DNA of 64,000 nucleotides from Candidatus Obscuribacteraceae bacterium (GCA_044226015.1 JBGAHS010000003.1:672001-736000), one strand, 5' to 3'; shown: positions 1-10,931, numbered from the stretch's first letter. Numbers and translations: made by a program. The notes: generated by a model not told the origin, from the sequence alone.

Positions 1-20
1 CAGACCAGGAGGTTTTGATT

Positions 21-1817
21 ATGTCTAACGAAAGAAAAGATCTCGGTCCGTACGAACGGATCGCGAGGTCAATCGAATTGCTCGATGAACGCATGACCCG
101 CGCTGGCAACCGCGTCGGGCTGCGGCCTTACCCGACCGAATACGAACTCGTCACCGACGAGCAGATGGTCGAACTCATTCCTTATGTGATGATGCCGGTT
201 CACTATCGTCACTGGCGATACGGCAAACAAGCACTGCAAGAGAAGAAGCGCGCCGGCACCTTCCACATCTTCGAGGCGGTGCTCAACACCGACCCGTCGA
301 TTTGCTACCTAGGCACCACCAACACGCTGGAAATGCAAGCTCTGGTGATGGGACACGCTAAGTGGGGTCACGTCGACTTCTTCGCCAACAACAAGCTCTT
401 CAAGGAGACCGGCGCTAACTCAGTCGTCAACCGCTTTGCTCTGGCAAAGCAGAAAATCGACGAGCTGATCGAAGACCCGAACTGGGGCTGGGAAGCTGTC
501 GAAGCCATTCTCGACGCCGCACACGCCCTGGAAGATCACGTTGCCTGGCTGCCCAGCATCGCTCAAACTTCCGACAAGGAAATGCGAGAAGAGGCTATGG
601 GACAGCTGCGGGAACTGCGTCGGCGCATCGCGGACGAAGGCTCGCGCTCTGAGCTGACCAAGCAAATGCTGGAGAAGGAAGCCGCCGACCTGCAAGCAAG
701 GCTGCTTCGCTACCCGCTTTTCCCCACGCAGGACATCCTCGGGTTCTTGATGGACCCCGCCAACACGCCCAAGCTACCGGAGGAAGCGCACACACTTCTT
801 TCCTTCGTGCGTGACCAGGCGCTCTACTTCCAGCCGCAAGGACGCACCAAGTTCATGAATGAAGGCTGGGCTTCGTACTGGGAAAAGCATCTGCTGCTGC
901 AGCCGGAGCTTTCGCTGCCGATCGACTTCCGTCTGTCGCTGGCGAAGTACTGGACCATGCACAGCCGGCAAGCGACCAACTGGTACCTCGACCCCTACGC
1001 GCTCGGGCTCAACGTCTTCGAATACATCGACGAAAAGTACGGTTACGACGAAGGCGAAGCCGAGATGGAAGTGAAGCCCATCATCATGGTGGACGACAAC
1101 ACCGTGGTAGAGGCGGACGAAACGCGCACCGTCAAGTACATGAAGCGAAATCGCGACAAGATGCTCGAAGTGCGCAAGCACTACGACGACAACCGCTTCC
1201 TCGAGGAATTCCTTAACGAAGAGCTCTTCGAGAAGATTAACCTGCAAGCGCTGGAGTGGGTGCGCCGGCTGATGAAGCAGATTTCTGGTCTGCTGCGCAA
1301 GAACGGCTGGAACCCCGGGCTTGCCCCCGACCCGCTGCCCATCACGCTCAACGGTTTGATGGAAGTAGTGGAACTCTGGTCCAACACTGCCGAAACCAGC
1401 CAGCAGATTCACGCCCAGTCTGGTGCGCCGCTCTTCCCGGTTCCGCCGCAGATTCTTCAAGAGCTTGCCACGGTGCTGCAGATTGTCGGTGCATTCGACG
1501 CCAACCCTCACAAGGCGCGTCGTCAGCTCGTCATGCGCACTGCGTATCACTCCAAGCCGATGATTTACATCGCGGACACCGGCCGTCGCACTGATGGCGT
1601 CTGGACCCTGAAGCACGAGTTCGACCCGAGCTTCGGTCCGCTGATGCAGTCGGAAGCGCGAGACACGCTCAAGTACTTCCGTCGCCTCTGCTGCGAGCCA
1701 GTTCGACTCGTGACGCTTGAACAGCGTACCGACAAGGATGGGCGCCCCACAGGACCGCTTCTGCCCTACGAATACCTCACCGAAGATGGTGTCACCGTGA
1801 AGGAGCGTTTCCTCTAA
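21..1817 (+). CDS. spoVR: SpoVR/YcgB family protein
   Basis: AGGAGG RBS before ATG 21. SpoVR motifs P-x-HYRHWRYGK, IFEAVLNTDP, HAKWGHVDFFANN, YFQPQGRTKFMNEGWASYW and PYALG. Confidence 0.85.
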   Translation: MSNERKDLGPYERIARSIELLDERMTRAGNRVGLRPYPTEYELVTDEQMVELIPYVMMPVHYRHWRYGKQALQEKKRAGTFHIFEAVLNTDPSICYLGTTNTLEMQALVMGHAKWGHVDFFANNKLFKETGANSVVNRFALAKQKIDELIEDPNWGWEAVEAILDAAHALEDHVAWLPSIAQTSDKEMREEAMGQLRELRRRIADEGSRSELTKQMLEKEAADLQARLLRYPLFPTQDILGFLMDPANTPKLPEEAHTLLSFVRDQALYFQPQGRTKFMNEGWASYWEKHLLLQPELSLPIDFRLSLAKYWTMHSRQATNWYLDPYALGLNVFEYIDEKYGYDEGEAEMEVKPIIMVDDNTVVEADETRTVKYMKRNRDKMLEVRKHYDDNRFLEEFLNEELFEKINLQALEWVRRLMKQISGLLRKNGWNPGLAPDPLPITLNGLMEVVELWSNTAETSQQIHAQSGAPLFPVPPQILQELATVLQIVGAFDANPHKARRQLVMRTAYHSKPMIYIADTGRRTDGVWTLKHEFDPSFGPLMQSEARDTLKYFRRLCCEPVRLVTLEQRTDKDGRPTGPLLPYEYLTEDGVTVKERFL

Positions 1818-1824
1818 GAAAAGC

Positions 1825-1860
1825 AAGAGAGAGCAGCGAGCAATCGTTGCTCTCTCTTTG
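1825..1860 (+). terminator. probable intrinsic terminator after spoVR-like gene
   Basis: 15-bp stem AAGAGAGAGCAGCGA / TCGTTGCTCTCTCTT with GCAA loop, 7 nt after the stop. Confidence 0.6.
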
Positions 1861-1927
1861 CTGAACGCTACTTCAAACCAACGTCTGAGAGTTTCTTCTC
1901 AACTGCTTCAAGATAGGAGAAAACTGT

Positions 1928-2563
1928 ATGAGGATCACAAAACCTCGCAGGCCCGGTGACATGATCATCGTGGACCTGGTGAAACCGAGCACGCTGTCTC
2001 CGGATGGCTGGCTCAAACCAATCGAGTTCGAACTCAACGAACCGCCCACGCTCTACGTCCGTGTTCCACATGGGCAATTCGCTGTTCGCGTCATGAGCAC
2101 TGCCGACACCGAAGTGATGATTCACATCGGCGGTGTGAAGGTGGTCGATGCGCGCGTCGGCAAGGGCATCCACATCTTCTCGCAAGACAGTGAAGGTCGC
2201 GCGTTTTCCTACGGAGACAGCGCCCCCACTGCCGAAACTGCTGCGCAAGAGCAACAGCTGCTGGTCGCAAACGAAGAGCATGACGCATGCGCCAACACGC
2301 ATGGTCAGGTTGCTGTTCATGTGCGCTTCGCTGATGAAGTGGACGCCGCCGGCAGCCCTCGTCCAGGTGTCAGCCGTGACTTCGCGCAGCCGGTCTTCTT
2401 CCAGATGAACCCGCCAGGTCAACACGAAGAAGCGCTGGCAGGTCTTCTGCGTCGTATGAAAGCGCCGCAGAAGCTAACTGAAGCCGACGACATCTTCTCT
2501 GAAAACGGCGACGCGAAGCCCGTGCCGAAGCGCATGTGCATCAACTGCGGGCACGAACACTAA
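1928..2563 (+). CDS. hypothetical protein, beta-rich, C-terminal CxxCGHxH
   Basis: AGGAG RBS, biased codon usage, ends CINCGHEH. Confidence 0.7.
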   Translation: MRITKPRRPGDMIIVDLVKPSTLSPDGWLKPIEFELNEPPTLYVRVPHGQFAVRVMSTADTEVMIHIGGVKVVDARVGKGIHIFSQDSEGRAFSYGDSAPTAETAAQEQQLLVANEEHDACANTHGQVAVHVRFADEVDAAGSPRPGVSRDFAQPVFFQMNPPGQHEEALAGLLRRMKAPQKLTEADDIFSENGDAKPVPKRMCINCGHEH

Positions 2564-2648
2564 TTCGTTCCTGAACAAGCGGCTTCTCCATCAGATTTCT
2601 GGTGGAGAAGCTCGCTTGCTTTTTCTTTTTCAAGACAAGGAGAAAGCC

Positions 2649-3032
2649 ATGAATTTTGACCCTGTTGAACTCGTGGGTTCTAGCAAGATCCCGTTTGTTA
2701 CCAAGATTCTCGCCCAAAGCGACGGTGCCACCATCACTGGTGTGCGCCTGGGCGAACAAATCGAAATCGCTCTGGAGGAAGACCAATACTCTGGTCGCCA
2801 ATGGGCTGTGAAATTCAACGAAGTGAATCTCACGCTCGTCGGCAAGGGCACCTTCACGGTAAACCCTCGCAATCCTCAATTCGGCATGCGCGTCTTTCGC
2901 TTCGATTGCTCTGGCTTTGGTCCGGGAGACATCGAGCTTCACGAGGTCGTATCCGAATTCGCCTTCAGTGATTTTGCAGGAACTGCGATTCCTGGCGGAA
3001 AAACCTTCCGCGTATGCATCGAAATCAACTAA
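2649..3032 (+). CDS. hypothetical protein
   Basis: AAGGAG RBS before ATG 2649. Hairpin (GCAGCATGAAAGA/TCTTTCATGCTGC) follows the stop. Confidence 0.7.
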   Translation: MNFDPVELVGSSKIPFVTKILAQSDGATITGVRLGEQIEIALEEDQYSGRQWAVKFNEVNLTLVGKGTFTVNPRNPQFGMRVFRFDCSGFGPGDIELHEVVSEFAFSDFAGTAIPGGKTFRVCIEIN

Positions 3033-3408
3033 CCTACTAAGCAGCATGAAAGACGGCTTCACACCCCTCTTTCATGCTGCTCTGGTTTTTTGCTAGGACC
3101 TACTACACCACTACGTACCTCAAAAAAAACAATGGTGCACTATTGTCCGAAAACGATTGAATAAGCGCCCTCTCATCGGAGACCCTTACCGGCAAGTAAC
3201 TTCGCAGAGTCGCGTATGCCCACGTGGGGGTTAGGCTGCAATACTCTTTCTCAAATCTAATCAGAAATGCATATGGTTGCCTTGATAGAGAGCAGTCGAA
3301 AGTTCTAATTTGCAAGGGTCATTTCTCACCCAACATCAATCAGGCGAACTTCACAACCCAAACCGACTTGATGCTAACAAAATTCTCTCAGATGAAAGGA
3401 GCATCACT

Positions 3409-4443
3409 ATGCAACTCGTCTGTTTAGCAGTCCCCTTGGGACTCGTCTTACTGTTTCTCTGGCTCTCCCGCAGGTCTTCGACAGCATGCCCGAGCGGCAT
3501 CGCCTCCGCACCGGAACCGAAGAAGAAAACCATCGCAACTCTAACCCGCGAGGGAATCAACTCCCTCGACGAACTGAGATTGGCGCTTCAATACGCCATT
3601 CAGCTCGAATTCTCGACAATTCCGCCCTACCTAACTGCAGAGTGGTCGATAAAGGATCAGAAGCAGCAAGCCCGCACTATCATTCATGAAATCGTAATTC
3701 AAGAAATGGTGCACATGGGCCTGGCATGCAACATGCTCAGCGCTATTGGCGGCAAAGCACGCCTGACACAGGCGGGCTTCGTTCCTTCCTATCCGTGCAC
3801 AGGATTGCCCGGGGGCGTTCATCCGGACCTGAAAGTCTCGCTGCTGCCACTCTCAGCAGAAGCACTCAAGATTTTCATGGAAATTGAAATGCCACAGCAT
3901 GGACCAATTGCAGCAGCCAGCGGTGTAAACATCGGCGACTTCTACGACGCCATAGCCGATGGCTTCAAGCGACTGAGCCCGACCTTTGGTGGTGGATTTC
4001 AGCTTGAGCACTCGTTTGCGGTAGGAGAACTCTTCCGCATCAACAATCTTGAAGATGCCCTCAAGGCGATTCGAACCATTAAGGACCAGGGAGAGGGCAG
4101 CCAACAAACCCCCATGCCAGAGGACTCACCCTCCGGCGAGCCTTCACACTACTATGCGTTTAAGCAATTGCTTGTCGGCAAACGCTTGCGCAAGGCTGAT
4201 GACGGCAGTTGGCACTTCGACGGAGAAGACATGCCACTACCTGCAGTGCACTCATTCGGCGTCGGCAGCGTGCCTGAGACAGCTGACTTCAACAGCACAC
4301 TGACTGCGCTTCTGAAAGCACTGGAAGATGTTTGGGGCAACGGAGCGCCCTTTCATCAAGCGATGCAAGCCATGATGCGCATGCGCAAACAGGGCATCGG
4401 CTTGATGGAGCGTGGAATTCTGCCAGACTTCCATCCACAATAA
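3409..4443 (+). CDS. ferritin-like domain protein (VioB/RebD C-terminal-like) with N-terminal TM anchor
   Basis: AAAGGAG RBS. Motifs LQYAIQLEFSTIPPYLTA, EMVHMGLACNML, IGDFY, QGEG and SHYYAF. Hydrophobic N-terminus. Confidence 0.8.
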   Translation: MQLVCLAVPLGLVLLFLWLSRRSSTACPSGIASAPEPKKKTIATLTREGINSLDELRLALQYAIQLEFSTIPPYLTAEWSIKDQKQQARTIIHEIVIQEMVHMGLACNMLSAIGGKARLTQAGFVPSYPCTGLPGGVHPDLKVSLLPLSAEALKIFMEIEMPQHGPIAAASGVNIGDFYDAIADGFKRLSPTFGGGFQLEHSFAVGELFRINNLEDALKAIRTIKDQGEGSQQTPMPEDSPSGEPSHYYAFKQLLVGKRLRKADDGSWHFDGEDMPLPAVHSFGVGSVPETADFNSTLTALLKALEDVWGNGAPFHQAMQAMMRMRKQGIGLMERGILPDFHPQ

Positions 4444-4707
4444 TTGCGCCAGACTGAAGCAAGACCGCAAAAGCAGAAGATGACATTGAACCACGTGTTC
4501 TTTGCCATCTTCTCGCTTTTTGCGCTTTTACAGCTACTACTATAGCGATTCGTATCAATCAAAAAAAACGGAAGTTCCATGACCTCAAAATAGACATTCA
4601 TCACAAAATCCCTCTGAAATCAAAGAACTGACAATTCGTATTCTCCCCATGTAAATCGGAGCAGGATTTCTTAGAATCAGCTCAGGGTTTGTTTGGGGAT
4701 TGGGTAA

Positions 4708-5130
4708 ATGAGCGACAAGAATTTTCAACTGTCAGATAGTCCAAAACTTGATATAGAGAACGGCAAAGCCGCTGCCACTCTGTTAAGTTCTGACGCCTGG
4801 TCCGAGCCATTAAATCGAGTTGGCTTTGGACAGCACGGCAAAGACATCGCAATTGCTACTGCTAGCGGTGCTGCAGCAGGAACTCTAGTTGGCATTGGAA
4901 TCGGAGCAGCCAACGACTCCATAAGCAGAGTCATGTCCGAAGTTACCCGCGTTCCGATGCAGACGCTTTTCTCTGCCATGAGTGGAAAAGCAATTGTACT
5001 TGAGCCACTTGTCTTAGAAAGTTCCATTCCGCGAATAGCCAGCAGAGGCGGACTTATCGGTGCAGCAACAGCACTGGCGGCATACGGCGCATATGAGCTG
5101 TATGAGAATTACAAGCATAAAGACAAATAG
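4708..5130 (+). CDS. hypothetical membrane protein with glycine-zipper-like helices
   Basis: 140-aa ORF with two Gly/Ala-rich hydrophobic segments. Confidence 0.55.
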   Translation: MSDKNFQLSDSPKLDIENGKAAATLLSSDAWSEPLNRVGFGQHGKDIAIATASGAAAGTLVGIGIGAANDSISRVMSEVTRVPMQTLFSAMSGKAIVLEPLVLESSIPRIASRGGLIGAATALAAYGAYELYENYKHKDK

Positions 5131-5265
5131 AGTGAACTAATAGTCGTGTTTTCTTCTGCATGGCTGCGAACTCTCTAAGCCGATTATTTTCAGAGCTAAT
5201 ACATTTGCTTTCCATGAGCGTAAAATGAACACTCGGCGATTCGCCGCGCTTACTGGAGGCAAACC

Positions 5266-6237
5266 ATGGAATATTTGAATTCAATCGCAGAAGCAGTGGG
5301 AAACACACCGCTAATTCGATTGAACCATTTCAATATCTCAGCAAACCATAGAATTTTTTTGAAATGCGAATTTCTCAACCCTGGTGGCTCAGTCAAAGAC
5401 AGAATTGCCTTTCACATGGTAGAAGAAGCAGAAAGAAGCGGAAAGCTTAAGCCCGGTGGATTGATGGTCGAGGCAACCGGAGGAAACACCGGAATAGGAT
5501 TGGCAATGGCAGCTAATCTTAAAGGCTATAAACTACTTTGCGTGATGACCGAGAAGGTCGGAAAAAAGAAGGTTTCTTTGATGAAAATTCTCGGCGCGGA
5601 ATGCATTGTCGTTCCGGGCGGAAAGAGCATTGCAGACCCAGAACACTACATCAACAAAGCAAAACAAATTGCTCAAGAAAAGGGCGCCTGGTTCGTTGGT
5701 CAATTTGAAAACCAAGCAAATCTCGAAGCTCACTACAATACAACAGGACCAGAGCTTTGGGAGCAGACAGGAGGCAAGATTGATGCGTTCGTGGCTGGTA
5801 TAGGCACTGGTGGCACTCTCTGCGGCGCGGGAAGATATCTCAAAGAGAAGAAACCAGCGGTAGAACTTATCCTGGCTGACCCAGAAGGAAGCTTACTGGC
5901 AGCCTGGTTAAACCATTCGAAGGAGACCCCGGGCTCTTACCTTGTTGAAGGAATTGGCGGAGACTTCATTCCCGACATCGTAGACCTTTCGTTGATCGAC
6001 AAAGCAATAACGATTTCAGACAGAGAGTCGATAGAAACGACACACAAACTGGCAAGAGAAGAGTCCATTTTTGTTGGTGGCTCAGCAGGATGCATTGTCG
6101 CAGCAGCTGTCCACTACTGCCTCTCATCAAGAAAAGAAGAACTCAACGTTGTCGCAGTTTTACCAAGTACCGGGCATCTTTACACCGACACTGTATTTGA
6201 TACCAACTGGCTAGACCTGAAGTTGCCAAAGCAGTAA
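5266..6237 (+). CDS. cysK: cysteine synthase / cystathionine beta-synthase family PLP enzyme
   Basis: GNTPL, NPGGSVKDR (PLP lysine), EATGGNTG, GIGTGGT and VEGIG motifs; GGAGG RBS. CysK and CBS-like cannot be distinguished by eye. Confidence 0.85.
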   Translation: MEYLNSIAEAVGNTPLIRLNHFNISANHRIFLKCEFLNPGGSVKDRIAFHMVEEAERSGKLKPGGLMVEATGGNTGIGLAMAANLKGYKLLCVMTEKVGKKKVSLMKILGAECIVVPGGKSIADPEHYINKAKQIAQEKGAWFVGQFENQANLEAHYNTTGPELWEQTGGKIDAFVAGIGTGGTLCGAGRYLKEKKPAVELILADPEGSLLAAWLNHSKETPGSYLVEGIGGDFIPDIVDLSLIDKAITISDRESIETTHKLAREESIFVGGSAGCIVAAAVHYCLSSRKEELNVVAVLPSTGHLYTDTVFDTNWLDLKLPKQ

Positions 6238-6518
6238 ATGAACTGTGCCAGAAAGCTCTGAGCTTCGTCCCTAAGTCGCGGATTTTCTGCATCGCTCATA
6301 GAAGCAAAAACGCACCGGCTTTCGCCAGTGCGTTTTTACATCGGGTTGGTTGGGCTGGTGAATTCAATATAGTTTTCCAAACTGACATGAGCGTGACACA
6401 GCTGCACACAATTTGAGAAATTGCGGAGATGCGGAACGCACCTACTACACGCCTTCGTATACGAAAAGAAAAAAGCAACCCCTGAAGAAAGGCATGTGCC
6501 AATCTCCAGGGGTGCTCC

Positions 6519-6971
6519 TTAAGCCGAACGGAAATCCAGAGCAAAGTACAGCGCACAGAATCGATAGCCAAACGGCAAACGAATATACGCCTTGCCCAGA
6601 TACAAGCCCGGCTCAATCATGCGAATTTCGTCGCGGATGTAGAAAGCGATGAACGAGGTCTTCAGGTAATCGATGATAATCGCATCACCGCCGTCAGACC
6701 AACTCTTGCCGCGAAAAACTTCCGCATGCACGAACTTCAGCCCGAGAATCTTGTTCACCAGAGCCGCATAGCCTGGACGTTCTCGTGTAAAGACCTTGCC
6801 CCGCCAGACCATATTAGCGAGCAGGGAAAACAACTCACCGATGATCGTTCCGTTGCCAAAGATGGCCACCCCATTGGCGTCGCCATCCGGAACCTCAGGT
6901 ATAGTGCATCGTTCGTAAAGACTCGAAAGCACTTGATTTTTCAAAACTGCCACTTGATTCAACGTAACCAC
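6519..6971 (-). CDS. conserved hypothetical protein (WxGKxF ... IRDEIR ... PGLYLG family)
   Basis: ORF with WRGKVF, IIIDY and IRDEIRMIEPGLYLGKAY. Start uncertain (GTG 6971 after AAGGA; ORF is open to 7052). Confidence 0.7.
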   Translation of the reverse strand: MVTLNQVAVLKNQVLSSLYERCTIPEVPDGDANGVAIFGNGTIIGELFSLLANMVWRGKVFTRERPGYAALVNKILGLKFVHAEVFRGKSWSDGGDAIIIDYLKTSFIAFYIRDEIRMIEPGLYLGKAYIRLPFGYRFCALYFALDFRSA

Positions 6972-7035
6972 GATCCTTAGTTCCTTAGAAAAAAACGGAG
7001 AGGAGAGACAAGCGCCTCTCCTCTCCAACAACGAA

Positions 7036-7521
7036 TCACACAAGTTCTCCACGCATGCACAGCTCGTCGAAAGCCTCCCGCTCGAGCTTGCCTTCGAGCT
7101 TTTTCAGCTCGCTGACGAGTTCGAGGTAACGAGCGACTTGCTTGCGAGCCTTCCGCTTGCGGTAGAGTTCACGACGCCGAGCCAGCTTCCGCTGGTGCTC
7201 CGTTTCCATCTCATCGAGCAGCTCCTTCAGGTCGAAGTTGTCAGACTCGAGGAGTTCAACGGGGTCAAGCTCGGCGAGGTCGACGGTGCTGCCGCAGTAC
7301 TCCTCGGAGTTGCCACACCAGTAACCCCCATCCATGTCTTGCGAACGCTCATCGAGTTCGTAGCAGATCTCATCCGTCTGATCCGCGATCTCCTTCTGAG
7401 CGGCCATTCGCATGCGCTTATGCGCCAACTTCTTGTAGCTCTTGCGCCAGCCACGCGTGAAGTCAGTACTGTTGCCGCGCCCCGTGATGATGAGACGCAA
7501 ATTCGCGCTGCGGTCGAGCAT
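7036..7521 (-). CDS. hypothetical protein, highly charged, coiled-coil C-terminus
   Basis: AAAGGAG RBS and GC3-biased codons. Confidence 0.65.
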   Translation of the reverse strand: MLDRSANLRLIITGRGNSTDFTRGWRKSYKKLAHKRMRMAAQKEIADQTDEICYELDERSQDMDGGYWCGNSEEYCGSTVDLAELDPVELLESDNFDLKELLDEMETEHQRKLARRRELYRKRKARKQVARYLELVSELKKLEGKLEREAFDELCMRGELV

Positions 7522-8261
7522 TCAGCTCTCCTTTCGGGCAGGGAGGGACAGGTCAAAACCTGAAGCCACAGTTCTAAGATGTTCAAGAAATATTTGATGT
7601 GACTTGAGGCTTTTTACCGGTAAACGCTTTGGGGGAGAAATGATGCTTCATCCTCCAACTCTTCCAACTGCCTTTTCCGTCTAGATGAAGCCCAAACGAA
7701 AATAAGTCACATTCACGTAGGCGGTTTTTACTAAAGAACCTTCAAACATGCTTATGCGAACCGCCGCTAAGTTCTTCCAAGACCAAATATCAAGCCCCAA
7801 CCAGCTTAAGCGCTGCTAAACAAGCGGTGTTAAAAATCTCATTCTTCGACTACAGATTTGCACAGTTCCACAGTGTTGATATCACCCGTGGTGCAGCATC
7901 GCTAGTTATGATCCTGAAAATAAACGAAAAAAAGGGCATTTACTTAGAACACTACTGCATGCGCTTTAAATTTAAAGCGGCTGCAATGCCCACACGGCAA
8001 GCGCTGTGGGACGTGGTTACAAGACCGCAGTACAAAAGTGAAGGTTTCATTTAGATTCTCAAAATTCGTAAGGTGAATTATAACTTTCACTTCTCGCCAC
8101 AAGAACAACCAGGCAAATCGCACCGCTAACTACCAAACACACACAAGAAATTACTTCCAGACAACAGGAGAGGTTGTTTGGACAGTTCAAGTGTGTGGGC
8201 GTTGCGAAGAAGTGATTGAAGCTCTCCTGGTTCCACATACCATATCCTATGAGGTAGACCC

Positions 8262-9344
8262 ATGGTCACTCTTTCTTCTCCTGCTGCAATCAAGGCTGCC
8301 CTCGACGAAGTCGTCATCGGACAGCACATGGCGAAGCTGATGCTTTCGGTCGGCGCCTACAACCACTATGCTCGCGCGATTCGTGCCCAGGAGGTGCAGC
8401 GCGGGATTCTGCCGACCAACGCCATCGAGGTCGAGAAGTCGAACATCCTGCTCTGCGGTCCCACCGGTTCCGGCAAGACCCACCTCACCCGTGCGCTCGC
8501 TCGCATCCTCGCGGTTCCTTTCGGCACCGCCGATGCGACGAAGATCACCGAGGCGGGCTATGTCGGCGAAGACGTCGAGAACGTCGTTCTGCCGATGCTG
8601 GCCAGCGCGAACTACAACATCGAGCAGGCGCAGTTCGGCATCGTCTACATCGATGAGATCGACAAGAAGGCTCGCAAGGGCGAAAACGTGTCGATCACGC
8701 GCGATGTCAGCGGCGAAGGCGTCCAGCAGGCTCTGCTGACGCTGCTCGAGGGCACGGTGCTCAACGTTCCGCCGAATGGTGGTCGCAAGCATCCGCAGCA
8801 GGATTTCCTCAAGCTCGACACGACGAACATCCTGTTCATCGTCGGCGGCGCCTTCGTCGGTCTGGACAAGATCGTCGCTGCGCGCAAGGAGACCCGCGGC
8901 GCCAGCATGGGCTTCAACGCGAAAATCGTCGAGAAGGACGAGAACGCGGACACGTCGCATCTCTATCAGGAAATCACCGACCGCGACCTGGTTCAGTTCG
9001 GACTCATCCCCGAGCTGGTCGGTCGTATTCCGGTTCGTGCTGGTCTGCTCCCGCTGACCATGGACGACCTGGTGCGCATCCTGACGGAGCCCAAGAATGC
9101 GATCGTCGCTCAGCAGAAGGCTCTGCTGTCCGGCGATGTCGAACTCACTTTCGAGGACGACGCGCTGCTCGCCATCGCCGAGGAAGCCACCCTGACTCGC
9201 ACCGGTGCTCGCGGTCTGCGCGGCATCATCGAGGAGGTCATGCTCCCCATCAACTACCTGCGCCCGAAGTCCGTCACGATCACCCGCAAGGATGTCATCG
9301 AGCGGCGCAAGGCGATCGACTCCCTCTGCCAGTCTGTTGCGTGA
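8262..9344 (+). CDS. clpX: ClpX-family AAA+ unfoldase lacking the N-terminal zinc-binding domain
   Basis: [15 protein letters not shown] (Walker A), GYVGEDVE pore loop, IVYIDEIDK (Walker B), [22 protein letters not shown] ClpP-docking loop and TGARGLR. Confidence 0.92.
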   Translation: MVTLSSPAAIKAALDEVVIGQHMAKLMLSVGAYNHYARAIRAQEVQRGILPTNAIEVEKSNILLCGPTGSGKTHLTRALARILAVPFGTADATKITEAGYVGEDVENVVLPMLASANYNIEQAQFGIVYIDEIDKKARKGENVSITRDVSGEGVQQALLTLLEGTVLNVPPNGGRKHPQQDFLKLDTTNILFIVGGAFVGLDKIVAARKETRGASMGFNAKIVEKDENADTSHLYQEITDRDLVQFGLIPELVGRIPVRAGLLPLTMDDLVRILTEPKNAIVAQQKALLSGDVELTFEDDALLAIAEEATLTRTGARGLRGIIEEVMLPINYLRPKSVTITRKDVIERRKAIDSLCQSVA

Positions 9345-9602
9345 GGTGAGTTGATGAGGCACACGAACAGGGTGAATGGACAGAACCCATAAGCTGGGTT
9401 TGTCCGTTCACCTGAGTAGGGGGGGTGCACGATTCTTACGACTACCCAACTTCGCCAAAGGAGCAAATGCTGCAATCTGTGCAGCGTTTGCTCCTTGTCT
9501 GCGTCTTTTGGTTTTTTCGGGCCATCTACGATTGCGAGTAGTATAAAGAGAACTCAAGGACTGTATACTGATTCCTTCCGTTCCACCCAAAAGAAGCAAG
9601 CA

Positions 9603-10931
9603 ATGAGCATCAACACATTCCTCATCAAAAGCAGCACCGTAGGAGCCCTTGGTGGGTTGCTCTTCGGATTTGACACTGCAGTTATTTCTGGAACAACAAC
9701 TGCTCTCACTAAAGAATACAATCTGACACCAGACTTATTGGGGTTCGCTGTTTCTAGCGCTCTCTGGGGAACTGTCATCAGTTCAATGCTCGCTGGAATT
9801 CCCGGTGATAAATATGGTGCACGCGACACACTTCGCATCGCAGCAGTTATGTACGTTGTCTCTGCCGTGGGCTGCGCACTCGCTTGGAACTTACCATCTC
9901 TTCTTTTCTTTCGATTTATTGGCGGCTTGGGAATCGGCTGCTCATCGGTCTTAGGCCCCGTCTACATCGCAGAAATAGCACCGGCACAATGGCGCGGCAG
10001 ACTCGTTGGTTTATTTCAAACAAACATTGTCTTAGGAATTCTTGTTGCATATGCATCAAATTACCTGATTGGAACAATGGGATTGGGCGATTTAGAATGG
10101 CGTTGGAAACTCGGTGTTTCAGGTATTCCCGCAGCTCTTTTTCTGGCAATGTTGTTTGGTATTCCGCGCAGCCCTCGCTGGTTGGTGGCAAGAAACCACA
10201 TAGATGAGGCCCGCGATGTTCTGCGACTTACGGGCGTTGAAAACTACGAGCAAGAGCTGAATGAAATTGTTGAAAACATTCAGCATGAACACTCACAATC
10301 AAAAGAGCCACTGTTTTGCAAGAAATATCGCTTTCCGATTTTTCTTGCTATAGCGGTTGGCATGTTCAATCAACTATCAGGTATCAATGCAATTCTCTAC
10401 TACTTAAACGACATCTTTGCGCTTGCTGGTTTTTCCAAAATGTCTGGCGACCTTCAAGCAGTCATAATCGGCACCACAAACCTGGTCTTTTGTTTGCTTG
10501 CTATGTCGCTTATAGACAAGATAGGAAGGCGCACCCTCTTACTCATTGGAGCTGTCGGCACCGCTGTATGCATGGGTGGAGTTGCCGCTGTATTTTTCAC
10601 TCAACAAAATCTTAGCTTGCTAGTCTGGCTTCTGGTGGGCTTCATAGGCTTCTTCTCTTTTTCACAGGGCGCAGTAATCTGGGTGTACATTTCCGAAATT
10701 TTCCCCACTCCGGTTCGCGCAAAAGGTCAGAGCTTGGGCAGCTTTACACATTGGATTATGAACGCTTTGATTTCGTGGATTTTTCCAATCATGGCAAAAT
10801 CATCGGGTGCATACCCATTCGCCTTTTTCTCTCTGATGATGCTCTTGCAATTTTTCGTCGTATGGAAATTCTTCCCAGAAACTAAGGGGATCACGCTTGA
10901 AGAAATGGAACATACATTGAAGATCTCATAG
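9603..10931 (+). CDS. MFS sugar porter (AraE/XylE/GalP-like)
   Basis: GGLLFGFDTAVISG, DKYG, PRSPRW, QLSGINAILYY, IDKIGRR, SEIFP and PETKG motifs; about 12 TM segments. Confidence 0.92.
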   Translation: MSINTFLIKSSTVGALGGLLFGFDTAVISGTTTALTKEYNLTPDLLGFAVSSALWGTVISSMLAGIPGDKYGARDTLRIAAVMYVVSAVGCALAWNLPSLLFFRFIGGLGIGCSSVLGPVYIAEIAPAQWRGRLVGLFQTNIVLGILVAYASNYLIGTMGLGDLEWRWKLGVSGIPAALFLAMLFGIPRSPRWLVARNHIDEARDVLRLTGVENYEQELNEIVENIQHEHSQSKEPLFCKKYRFPIFLAIAVGMFNQLSGINAILYYLNDIFALAGFSKMSGDLQAVIIGTTNLVFCLLAMSLIDKIGRRTLLLIGAVGTAVCMGGVAAVFFTQQNLSLLVWLLVGFIGFFSFSQGAVIWVYISEIFPTPVRAKGQSLGSFTHWIMNALISWIFPIMAKSSGAYPFAFFSLMMLLQFFVVWKFFPETKGITLEEMEHTLKIS

